From the NCBI GenBank assembly GCA_934141475.1, contig CAKPCG010000004.1, forward strand, positions 81 to 64,080: 64,000 nucleotides of DNA, written 5' to 3'. Below the pieces are notes generated by a model. It searched no databases, had not been told where the DNA came from, and was given only the letters and a program-made list of their open reading frames with translations. Both the position numbers and the translations under genes were made by a program. This document shows positions 27,796 through 37,800 of this stretch, one piece after another. Origin of the DNA: an uncultured Clostridia bacterium (GTDB taxonomy: Bacteria; Bacillota; Clostridia; TANB77; CAG-508). Each line of letters starts with the position of its first letter. Position 1 is the first letter of the stretch.

Positions 27796-27835
27796 TAAAA
27801 AAATGAAGAAAAGCTTTTTTTTAAGCCTTCTTCAT
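27796..27835 (-). terminator. Rho-independent terminator at the end of the cps-like operon
   Basis: Stem ATGAAGAAAAGC (27803-27814) / AAGCCTTCTTCAT (27823-27835). A 7-nt T-run follows on the minus strand (A-run at 27797-27803). Confidence 0.7.
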
Positions 27836-27848
27836 TATTTTTAAATAT

Positions 27849-28631
27849 TTATTTTTTGAAGTTTATTTTCATTTTTTCTTTTAATGATAATTTAATTTCT
27901 CTTGGTTCATCTATATCTATAGATTTATTTTCTAATACATATGCAGGGTTTATTGTAGTTAATTCTTCTAGTTTTTCCCTTCCAACAATATTTTCTATTT
28001 CTTTTAGTGCTATTTGTACTTTAGGATAAATTGAATTTTTTTTATGTACATCACTTCCTAAAAAATGAACCATATTATTTTCTAATAATTTTTTTACAAT
28101 TATTTGTGCTTTATCTCCATATAGACCAATTATGCTTCCATAATTAGACTGCATAAGTACACCTTTTTGAATTAAATCATATATTAAATTCGGATTTTTT
28201 TGTACAAATGAATATCTCTCAGGATGTGCCAAAATTGGAACTAGTTTATATTCTAACATATCATATATTATATCATACATATTTAATGGTTCGCTATTTA
28301 ATGGAAACTCAAAAAGCACATAGTTTGTGTTATTTATGCTTGTCGCCTTTCTTTCCTCTAATAATTTTATTATATTTTCTGTTATATATATTTCGTTTCC
28401 TAAGTATAATTTTAGGTCAATATTTTTTGTACCTAATTTATCTGATAATGCATCTATCCATACTTTTCTTTCTGCCACATTTACTTCATAATATTCTTCC
28501 ATATAATGTGATGTTGAAATAATTGCATCAAAACCAGCATTTTTTGCTTCTTTTAATAATTCAAAAGTTTCTTCAACGCTTTTTGAGCCATCATCAACAT
28601 TTGGAAGTATATGAGAATGAAAATCTATCAT
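27849..28631 (-). CDS. cpsB: PHP-family protein-tyrosine phosphatase (CpsB/CapC type)
   Basis: MIDFHSHILPNVDDGSKSVEE...ISTSHY...LAHPERY...GSDVH. Confidence 0.85.
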   Translation of the reverse strand: MIDFHSHILPNVDDGSKSVEETFELLKEAKNAGFDAIISTSHYMEEYYEVNVAERKVWIDALSDKLGTKNIDLKLYLGNEIYITENIIKLLEERKATSINNTNYVLFEFPLNSEPLNMYDIIYDMLEYKLVPILAHPERYSFVQKNPNLIYDLIQKGVLMQSNYGSIIGLYGDKAQIIVKKLLENNMVHFLGSDVHKKNSIYPKVQIALKEIENIVGREKLEELTTINPAYVLENKSIDIDEPREIKLSLKEKMKINFKK

Positions 28632-28649
28632 TTGTTTGCTCCTTTTTTT

Positions 28650-29642
28650 CTACATTTTTTTCTTTTCGTTATCTAAGTATTCATTAATTTGTTTTAATAT
28701 ATCATTTGTTTTATCAACTGTTACTTCTTGATTTTCATTAGTATTATTAATAGTATTTTCCGTATTTTTAGGTTCAAATAAAGGTTCATCGTCTTCACGT
28801 AAAAAATCCTTATTTTCTTCTTCTGGTAAATCTAAATCATTTACTTGGAATTTATTTTCTGGATGTTTACCAAATGTAAATCCATTTTTTTCATGTACTT
28901 TTTTTGTAGTTGAATTTTTCTTGTTTTTTCCAGATAAAATCTTATCTTCACCGTAATAGTAATATTTTTCACCATATCTTTTTGCTGATACTGGAACTTT
29001 GTTTATTACAACACCTGCGATTTTTCCTCCAACATTTTGGATATTTTTAACCACTCTTTCTAATGCGTCTTTTTTAGTTATTTTATGTGCTGTTACAATT
29101 ATTGTAGAATCTGCAATTCTTGATAAAATTACAGAGTCTGTAACAAGTTCGCTTGGAGTACCATCTATAATTATTAAATCACATGAATTTTTTAACGAAT
29201 TCAAAAGTCCAATCATTTGAGCAGATACAAGCAATTCTGATGGATTTGGTGGAACATTTCCTGCCGTAATTGCATATAAATTTTCAACTTCCGTTTGTTG
29301 TATGTAATTTCCAACATCTTCTGATAATCTACCTGCTTCGTCAATCTCTACTTGTGATAAAAAGTTTGAAAGACCAGGTTTTGGAGATAAACCAAATATT
29401 GCATATTGTCTTCCTTTTCTCATATCTGCATCTATTAAAACTACTTTTTTTCCTGCTTGTGCAAATGTAACTGCTAAATTAGATGCAATCCAGCTTTTTC
29501 CTTCTCCTGGAAATGTTGATGTTACCAATAAAACCTTCATTTTTTTGCTTACGTTCATAAATTGTATATTAGTTCTTAATGTTCTAAATACTTCTGAAAT
29601 CGGAGATTTAGGATTTTTGTGTGCTATAACTTCTTTTTTCAT
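28650..29642 (-). CDS. cpsD: BY-kinase (CpsD/CapB-type tyrosine autokinase) with an unusual ~95-aa C-terminal extension
   Basis: Walker A TSTFPGEGKSWIASNLA, Walker A' VVLIDADMRKG, Walker B IIIDGTP, and tyrosine cluster YGEKYYYYGED, followed by an N/E/K-rich tail. Confidence 0.85.
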   Translation of the reverse strand: MKKEVIAHKNPKSPISEVFRTLRTNIQFMNVSKKMKVLLVTSTFPGEGKSWIASNLAVTFAQAGKKVVLIDADMRKGRQYAIFGLSPKPGLSNFLSQVEIDEAGRLSEDVGNYIQQTEVENLYAITAGNVPPNPSELLVSAQMIGLLNSLKNSCDLIIIDGTPSELVTDSVILSRIADSTIIVTAHKITKKDALERVVKNIQNVGGKIAGVVINKVPVSAKRYGEKYYYYGEDKILSGKNKKNSTTKKVHEKNGFTFGKHPENKFQVNDLDLPEEENKDFLREDDEPLFEPKNTENTINNTNENQEVTVDKTNDILKQINEYLDNEKKKM

Positions 29643-30349
29643 TTTCTTTTTCCTCCTTTTTCGACTGAAAAATTATCTATAAGAGGAATAGTTACAAGTA
29701 CAGGTAAACCTACTCCTTTTTCTATATCTTCTGGTGTCTTTATTGTTGTATCTAACATATTTGCAATTAAAACATACATTATAGATATTGCTAAACCTAA
29801 AGCTGTAAATATAGCTATATCTTTACTATGATGAATATTTGATGGTGAATTTGCAACTTCTGCTTCATCTACTATATATATGTTATTTATATTGTATATA
29901 TCAGAAATCATGTTTGAAAATAGTTTTGCTATTTCATTTGCAATCTTAGCTGCATATGTTGGGTTTTCATTTGTTACCGTTATTTGTATTACTTCTGTTT
30001 CTTCAACACATTTTACGGCTACATTTTTCTTTAATTGTGCTTCTGATATATCTATATTTAAATTTGATATAACTTGTCTTAATATTTTATTACTTTTTAT
30101 AAGTTCACTATATGTTGACACTAATTTTGAGTTTAATGTTACATCTGTTGTTGTAATCGAATTTGTTTCTGAACCTGCTGTACTTTCGGAACCAGTAAGT
30201 ACAAGTCTTGTTGACGAACTGTATTTAGGTGTTACAAATCCATATGTATATATGGTTCCCACTCCTGCTGTTATTAACGTAATTAATATAATTTGGAAAA
30301 TTTTACTCCAAAACAAACTTAATAATTCTTTTAAATCTAATTCCTCCAT
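29639..30349 (-). CDS. cpsC: Polysaccharide co-polymerase / chain-length determinant (CpsC/Wzz type)
   Basis: Two TM helices flank a Wzz-like loop (PKYSSSTRLVLTG...). Its stop overlaps the cpsD start codon (4-nt overlap). Confidence 0.8.
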   Translation of the reverse strand: MEELDLKELLSLFWSKIFQIILITLITAGVGTIYTYGFVTPKYSSSTRLVLTGSESTAGSETNSITTTDVTLNSKLVSTYSELIKSNKILRQVISNLNIDISEAQLKKNVAVKCVEETEVIQITVTNENPTYAAKIANEIAKLFSNMISDIYNINNIYIVDEAEVANSPSNIHHSKDIAIFTALGLAISIMYVLIANMLDTTIKTPEDIEKGVGLPVLVTIPLIDNFSVEKGGKRK

Positions 30350-30364
30350 TAAATTCTCCCCTAA

Positions 30365-31219
30365 CTAAATTTCTGGTGTATATTGTTCTTTTTCTCTTTT
30401 TGCTTTTCTTACACTCTTTATTATACCATATAGTATGGTCAAAATAATTCCTAAAGCTAGCAATATACTTCCTGTTTTTAATATATTTTCTAATATTTCA
30501 TTTGATATACTTTTTAATACATCTGATATCCCCGTATTAAGCAGCATTATTGTATCTATTTTAATATTGGAATTTATGTAATTATTTGCTAATAGCAAAA
30601 TTAAACCATCAATCACAAATGATATTCCAAAACTTGCTGTAATTTTATAAATTCTTTTTATTGTAAGTAAAACAAGTAAAATTACTGAAACTCCAATAAC
30701 TACTAATACTATCTTTTTACATATTCCAACATATTTATTAAAAATATTTATTCCATTATTTAATTTTTCTTCATAACTGGTATGTGATATTGTTGTTTCG
30801 TATTCTTTACAAATCGTTTCTATAAATGTGTCTATCGCTTTTTTTTGTGTTTCTGTAATATTGTGATTTAATGATTCATTTATATTATTATTTAATTTGT
30901 TTTTTATTTCTTCTGTATCTATCTTTTCATCCATACCACTATAAATATTATCTATTATTTTTTTGGTATCTGTTTTTATCTTTTCTTTTGTTATTATCCC
31001 CTCTATAACCGACTCATCCAGTCCGGATTGATATATATAATTTTCAAAATTCGAATTTACATCTTCATATATTTTATCATAATAATTTTGTTCTTGTAAT
31101 TTTGATAAAATATAACTTTTATCTAATAATGTAGAAGAAAGTATGTTTAAAATAATTAGTGCAAGTATAGCTAATGCCAATACTGTAGCTATAATATATT
31201 GTATTATTTTTTTTGCCAC
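30365..31219 (-). CDS. Hypothetical membrane protein
   Basis: 284 aa with an N-terminal TM helix, a helical extracytoplasmic region and 3-4 C-terminal TM helices. No motif recognised. Confidence 0.5.
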   Translation of the reverse strand: MAKKIIQYIIATVLALAILALIILNILSSTLLDKSYILSKLQEQNYYDKIYEDVNSNFENYIYQSGLDESVIEGIITKEKIKTDTKKIIDNIYSGMDEKIDTEEIKNKLNNNINESLNHNITETQKKAIDTFIETICKEYETTISHTSYEEKLNNGINIFNKYVGICKKIVLVVIGVSVILLVLLTIKRIYKITASFGISFVIDGLILLLANNYINSNIKIDTIMLLNTGISDVLKSISNEILENILKTGSILLALGIILTILYGIIKSVRKAKREKEQYTPEI

Positions 31220-31231
31220 TTTTCTTTCCTC

Positions 31232-31852
31232 CTAACTTTCTAATTCTGCATATACAACATATCTTTGATATGCATATCCAACATTATTAAATGGATAACA
31301 TGTATATACCATTAATATTTCTTTATCTTTTTGAATAGGAAGTTTATCTACATCACTTTCATTTATTAATTGCATGTCATATATTTTATATTTAAAGTCC
31401 CCATATGATGTTGTTACTTCTATTTCATTTCCCTTTTGTAATTCCGAAAATCTTCTAAACATTTTTTTTGAGTTATGTCCCATATATATTATAGAGCCAC
31501 CTTCTCCTGGAAAATAGCTTCCACTTGAATGCCCTACTCCTTTTTTTAAAATGTCTAAACTATCTCCATAGTATACTGGAAGATCTACATCTATTTTAGG
31601 TATTTTTATTGTTGCATATTTTGTTCCATATTCTGGGTAATTTTTTATTTTATTATTTTCATCTATTACTGTTTGAGCAACTTCTTTTCCGTCACTTACT
31701 CCTATTGAAACTTTGCTTATTAGTGACATTGTATCTTCTATTTTAGCCCCAAATATACCAAATCCAAGTCCTAATAAAATAGCAGTAATAAATAAAGCAA
31801 CTATTAATTGTATAATAGTTGCTTTTATTGCATTTCTTACTAAATTATGCAT
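31232..31852 (-). CDS. Sortase-family transpeptidase
   Basis: N-terminal TM anchor, conserved GHSSGSYFPGEGGSIIYMGHN, and catalytic TC motif LMVYTCYPF. Adjacent to two sorting-signal proteins. Confidence 0.75.
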   Translation of the reverse strand: MHNLVRNAIKATIIQLIVALFITAILLGLGFGIFGAKIEDTMSLISKVSIGVSDGKEVAQTVIDENNKIKNYPEYGTKYATIKIPKIDVDLPVYYGDSLDILKKGVGHSSGSYFPGEGGSIIYMGHNSKKMFRRFSELQKGNEIEVTTSYGDFKYKIYDMQLINESDVDKLPIQKDKEILMVYTCYPFNNVGYAYQRYVVYAELES

Positions 31853-32363
31853 TAGCTAATTTCTTTCTAGCAACTGCAACAGAAGCTAGGGCTATTACTG
31901 CTATTGAAGAAACAACTAAAACTACGTTATTATTTCCTGTATAAGCAAGTTTTCCACTGTTATTGCTAACAGATTCGATTAGTTTTCCATTTTTGTATAT
32001 TTCAACTGATCCTTTTTTGAAAGCTAATGTAACATCAACAATACTTGCAGCTTCGTTAGCTATTGATTTAATTTGAGCTTTTTGTGCTTTTGTTAATTTT
32101 GTGTAATCTGTAACTCCAGCATTTTCCATAACTTTTACAGCTTCATTTGCTTTTGCAACTATAGCATTAGCTTCTGATTCTGTAACAGGATAATCAGCTA
32201 AATATCTTTCAATTTTCACTCTATCAGCTTTTGTCATTCCATATTTTGAACCAATATTGTATAGAGTTTCTGCTAAATTATCGTTAGTTGTGGCATTAAC
32301 TCCTGTTACAGTCATTAATACTAACATTACTGCTAAAATTGAAATAGTTAATAGTTTTTTCAT
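31845..32363 (-). CDS. Cell-wall-anchored surface protein with an LAYTG sorting signal
   Basis: Signal peptide. C-terminus KLAYTGNNNVVLVVSSIAVIALASVAVARKK, i.e. motif plus hydrophobic stretch plus positive tail. Confidence 0.65.
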   Translation of the reverse strand: MKKLLTISILAVMLVLMTVTGVNATTNDNLAETLYNIGSKYGMTKADRVKIERYLADYPVTESEANAIVAKANEAVKVMENAGVTDYTKLTKAQKAQIKSIANEAASIVDVTLAFKKGSVEIYKNGKLIESVSNNSGKLAYTGNNNVVLVVSSIAVIALASVAVARKKLANA

Positions 32364-32439
32364 ATTAAATCCTCCTTTTTTAATCTTTGTCTATTATACC
32401 ATCTTTATATAGATTAGGCAATAGTTTTTTGTTTATTTT

Positions 32440-33243
32440 TTATTTAATTTGTATTGTTTTATATTTTATTAAACAGCCAACTCCTGTTATTAAAACAACT
32501 ATAGCTATTACCGCAATTGTTGTAATTCCAGTTTTTGGCAATTTTGTTGTTGCTGTTGTTGAATTATTTTGTGATTGATTTGCTGCTTTACTATTATTTT
32601 TTATTTCATTTTGTGATACATTATTTTTAATACTCACATTTTCACCTGTTTTTGTATCATCTTTTTTTGTGTCTTCTTTTGATGAAGTATCTTCTTTTTT
32701 ATCTTCTTGTTTGTTATCATTTTTATTTTCTTCGTCTTTAGAATTATTATTGTCTGAGCTTTCCTTTTTTTCATTTATTTTTAATGATACTTCTTTTGAA
32801 TAAGTATATTCATCTACCCCATTTACGGATAAAACAACATTTTTTAATTTTATAGATGTTGTGGTTGGCTTTGCATCATCTTTTAGTGTTAATGTTATTT
32901 TAGCAATTTCTTTGTATTCTTCTCCTTTTGTTTGTGTTTCTCCAATTAATCTTTTTGTAGAATCACTATATTGAGCAGTCCATCCATTTAATCCTTCTAT
33001 TGAAACTGATTCAAACACATCACTGTCATAATCTAAAACTGCTTCATATCCCATCATTGCATTTTCAGCGATTCCCTCAAATTTTCCTAGAGATATTTTA
33101 TATGTTACTGTTTTTGTTCCTTGTTCAATTTCAGATTCGTCTCCAATAAAATTGAATTCTATGCTTCCATTTGCTGCATTTGATAAACTACAAATACTTA
33201 ATACTATGCATAAAATTATAATGCTTGATATTATTTTTTTCAT
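32440..33243 (-). CDS. Cohesin-like domain surface protein with an LPKTG sorting signal
   Basis: ATG 33243 follows GGAGGT. Signal peptide. A ~140-aa beta domain (GYEAVLDYDSDVFESVSIEGLNGW) resembles cohesins. K/D/E-rich linker. C-terminus is LPKTG plus a TM helix plus KYK. Confidence 0.6.
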   Translation of the reverse strand: MKKIISSIIILCIVLSICSLSNAANGSIEFNFIGDESEIEQGTKTVTYKISLGKFEGIAENAMMGYEAVLDYDSDVFESVSIEGLNGWTAQYSDSTKRLIGETQTKGEEYKEIAKITLTLKDDAKPTTTSIKLKNVVLSVNGVDEYTYSKEVSLKINEKKESSDNNNSKDEENKNDNKQEDKKEDTSSKEDTKKDDTKTGENVSIKNNVSQNEIKNNSKAANQSQNNSTTATTKLPKTGITTIAVIAIVVLITGVGCLIKYKTIQIK

Positions 33244-33332
33244 TCTTTCGTTACCTCCATTTTTATACAAAGTTCATTATTATTTTATCATTTTTTACGT
33301 ATATTAACAATATTATTTACTTTTCTTTTTTG

Positions 33333-34763
33333 TTACATTTTTGTTACAATTTTATTACATATTTTTAATACAAATTTGTCTTTTAAAATCATTAAACCAG
33401 AAAAATAAATTAAACAAGATATAATAAATTGTATAACTATTGATATTATACTATTTTTTATCAAACTTCCAATAATTAAACTTACTATAAATATTATTAT
33501 AGACATTATAAAATATTTATAAGTCATTTTGAAAATTTCTTTTATTTTTATGTCTTCTTTAACAAGAATTAGTTGCGTACTAGTCACCATAAATTCTGCA
33601 ATTACTGTAGCTACTGAAGCTCCCTCTGAGCTATACTTTTTTATAACTATAGCATTTAGTATAAAATTTACCACTGCCCCAATAATTATTGAACTTGTAT
33701 ATTTTTTATCTTTTTTAGTTGGTATTAAATATGCAGAACCTATAATATTACTAATTCCAACAATTACAATTGTTGGGCTCATAATATTTATTAATAAACT
33801 AACTTTATCATATCCTTCTCCATAAAATATAGGTACAAATTTTTCAGATATACTTATAAGTCCAAACATTACTGGAAATGCAAGCATCATAATTACAGAA
33901 AATGAACTATTCATATATTCTTTTAATTTTTGCTTTTCTCCATTAGCATATGAATTAGCAGCTCTTGGAACTATTACCCCAATAAATGATGTTACTATAG
34001 TTAATAACATTTGTATTATTTTTTCTGCCTGTTCATAATAACCTACTTCAGACTTTTCACTTATTATCATTCCAATCATTGTTTTATCAAGTACTGTATA
34101 TACTTGAAGAGCAATCTGTGGAATAAATAAAGAAATATTTGGAATTATATGTCTAAATATTTTTAAATCTTTTATATCTATTTTTTTTGTATATTTTGGC
34201 ATATATAGCCAAAATGAAATATTTCCTAGTAATGTAGTTAAAACAAATATTATATAATATATATACAAATCATTTTGTTTTTTTACAAATAAAAATATAC
34301 AAATCATTCCTATTACTTTTACAAAAGTATTTCTTATAACAATCTTTTTAAATTCTTCTATTCCTTGAAAAAACCATCCTATATCGAGTCCTGCAGCAAA
34401 TATATCCCAAAAAATAATTTTATAATAAATACTATATTCACCATTTATGCAAAAACAAAAATAAAATACAATTAGTGATATTGCTAATGTTATAAATCTT
34501 AATATTACAATTTCATAAAATATTTTACTTCTTTCATATTTATTTTCTTGAACATATGCAATTTCTCTTTGCCCATACATATAAATTCCAAGCGAACCAA
34601 ATAATATAAAGTAACTTGCAATTGATAAAGTATAGCTATATATTCCAATATTTTCTGCTCCTAGCACCCTTGCTAAATAAGGTGTTGTTAATATTGGTAC
34701 TATAATTTTTAAAACTTCGTATGTCATGTTATACATATAATTTTTTGCTATATTTTTTCTCAT
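33333..34763 (-). CDS. wzx: Polysaccharide flippase (MOP/Wzx family)
   Basis: 476 aa, about 12-14 TM helices. N-terminus NYMYNMTYEVLKIIVPILTTPYLARVLGAENIG is typical of Wzx/PST-family proteins. Confidence 0.8.
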   Translation of the reverse strand: MRKNIAKNYMYNMTYEVLKIIVPILTTPYLARVLGAENIGIYSYTLSIASYFILFGSLGIYMYGQREIAYVQENKYERSKIFYEIVILRFITLAISLIVFYFCFCINGEYSIYYKIIFWDIFAAGLDIGWFFQGIEEFKKIVIRNTFVKVIGMICIFLFVKKQNDLYIYYIIFVLTTLLGNISFWLYMPKYTKKIDIKDLKIFRHIIPNISLFIPQIALQVYTVLDKTMIGMIISEKSEVGYYEQAEKIIQMLLTIVTSFIGVIVPRAANSYANGEKQKLKEYMNSSFSVIMMLAFPVMFGLISISEKFVPIFYGEGYDKVSLLINIMSPTIVIVGISNIIGSAYLIPTKKDKKYTSSIIIGAVVNFILNAIVIKKYSSEGASVATVIAEFMVTSTQLILVKEDIKIKEIFKMTYKYFIMSIIIFIVSLIIGSLIKNSIISIVIQFIISCLIYFSGLMILKDKFVLKICNKIVTKM

Positions 34764-34845
34764 ATTTTCTCATATAATCAATTATATAGAAATATTAATC
34801 TATTTAACTAATTAAATTCCTCCTCCTTTACAAAAGATGCAACAA

Positions 34846-37800
34846 TTATGTTGCATCTCTTTCAAGTGCTATTAGTCTCATTCTTATTAAGTCTTTTATT
34901 GTTATTTCTTTTTCATCAACATTACAGTCTGCCGCTAATAATTCTTCTTCACTTAATCCATCTTTCTCTAATAAGTATTTTCTAAGTACCATTATATCTT
35001 TGATGTTTACATCTCCATCTTTTGTTATGTCTCCACTTACAATTAATGTATATTCATTTCCAGATTCTGTTATAAGTTTGTCACCTGTTGCTATTTTTTC
35101 TTCATCTGTTATTGTAGTATCATTTCTTTTTATTTCATATTTTTCTTTAATATATACTTTTTGATCAAATGAAGCCTTTGTTGTATTATTTTTTATATTT
35201 AAAATATATGAGTCTTTGTATTTATATTGTTCTCTTGAATTTTCTATAATTGAAAATTCTACTGTAGTCTCATTTCCTGCTTTATCTGTTGCAACTATTT
35301 TATAAAAACCTTCTTTTGAAATTTCTGTATTTGGCTTGTAATCATTTACTAGTTCATCATTTAAATATAAAAATACATCTTTAAGATTTGGATCTGTAAT
35401 TATAGGTGTTACTTTTTCTTCATATCTTTCATCAGCATTTACACCTGTTATTGTTGGTGGTTCTTTGTCTATATTTTCTACTTTTGCAAGTAAATTTAAA
35501 GTTGCACCTTTTATATTTAATTCAAAAGAAAATTCTCCATTTTGATTAAATACATATGTTTTTTGATTTGAATTATTTATAACTTGCAAATCAAAATTTG
35601 AATTAACAGAAGCTATTATATCTTCATTTGTTAGCTCTTGATTAGAATATTCTATCCATGCTGGATTTTTTGATATATCAAATTCTACCTCAGTTTGATT
35701 TCCAGCTTGATCTTTTGCAACAATTTTATATCTGCCATCTTCTTCTATTTTTTTGCCAACATTATAGTTTTGTTGTAATTCATTATTTTTATATAATTCT
35801 ACACTTTGTAAGTTTTCATCAGTTATTTTTGGAGTTACAGCTTCTATATACAGTCTTTCATTTTCTACATCTTCTATTACAGGAGCTGTTTTATCAATAT
35901 TTTTAACTTCCGCCGTTATTTGTTTATTTTGACCTTTTATTGTGTAATCAAATGTAAATGTTCCATTTTGAGTAAATGTAAATATGTTACTATTTGAATT
36001 ATTGTTTATTATTATATTTCCTGTTGTTTCTAATTTAGCTGTTACATCCTGATTTGTTGGATTTGTTTCTGAATATGATATTGTTACCGGATTTGAATTT
36101 ATATATTGATTTACATATAAATTTAAAAATCTAGTTGTGCACTCATACATTGCTTGTATTCTTAATGTTTTAGCTTTTATCATTCCATTTTTAATAGTAT
36201 TTGTTGTATCAAAAGTGCTTATTTCTTGTGCTTTTTTTAATATATCATTACATGTATTTAATGTTTGATTTATAAGTGTCATATTCAAGTCTTTGTTATT
36301 ATTTATTGTATTTTGTATTTCATTTATTTTATTTTGAGAATCATCAAGTTTTACTTCAGATACAGAACTAATTGCTACAATATTTTCATATTTTTCTCCC
36401 ATTTCATCTATGTCTTTAAAAATATTTTCTAGTTGCTCATTACTATTTTTTAATTCGTCATTTTTTTCTACTATAATATTCATTAATCCATAGTGTTGTT
36501 TTATCATTTCTTCTGCTTTATCTTCTGATATTTTTTCTACTAATGAGGCGTGATATATGTTTTGTTTTAAATCTTGTACATATTTTTGTACTTCTGCAGA
36601 TTGATTCATAATAGTTTTATATTTGTCATTAAATTTAGCATAATCTTGATTTATATTACTTGATACTGTTTTACTATCATTGCTATAACTTCCTACATAT
36701 ACTTTTTTTACAAATTCACTTTCTATTTTGCCATCTTTTTCTATTTGTATTTTTATTTCATTACTTCCATTTTTTAAATTTACAGTTATATCTTTTTCAT
36801 ATTCTATATTTTGATTATCTATATTTTCTATTTGCCTAATTTCATTATTATTTAGAACTTTTAATGAATAATTTGAATCTGTTCTAAGATTTTTTATTTT
36901 TACATTTATTTCTTTTTGTGTTTGATTTGTTATTTCTTCATCATTTTTTGCTTTTATTTCATATTCTTCTTTTGGATTTTCTATGTTTATTTTTCCAAAT
37001 ACATACCAATTATCATCGGTTTTTCCGGTATTTCCTAGTAAATATGTTGGTTTTTCATCATCTTCGTTATAAAATAAACCAACTGCCATTATATACTCTC
37101 CGTCGTTTACACCATCTAATCTTATGTCAATATTTTCTTGAACTTCCTCACTTGGCATCCATTTTTGTGCATTTATGTCTGTTTTATATTTTTTTACTAA
37201 TTTATAATTTTTGTCTAATAGTCCAATATAGGTTGTACATGGTTCATATAATGGAGCTACCCCTTCATTTATAAATGATAATGATATTTTGTCCGTTTCT
37301 GTGGTTTTTATGGTGTTTGTGTATGATGCTTGTTTGAATTTAAAATAGTATCCAACTTTGTTTGCTATGTATTTGCAGAAATCTTGATTTTCATTATACA
37401 TATTAGGATCAAATTGTATATATGATGGTTTTCCATTTTCTATATACTGAATTAAATTATCATAGCTCCAATAATTATTTTCTTTAATCCAATTATAATC
37501 TGCAGTATATTCAAATACTGTAGGTGCCTTTCCATAAGCCATTGCACATTCAGAACCATCCGACCATTTAAAAATTCCATCTCTTCTAAGTGATATGCCA
37601 TTTTCTACGCCCCACTTATAAGCATCATTATATCTTGTTTCTCCACACGGACTAACTAACAATGTTTTAGAAAATGCTTCTCTATATGGTTTTAAATATG
37701 AGTTAATAAGTACATCTGAGCTTATATATTCTCCACCTATGGTTCCTAAATGTTGTTCCCCAAAATTTCCATATGAACGAATATCAATAAATGCAATATT

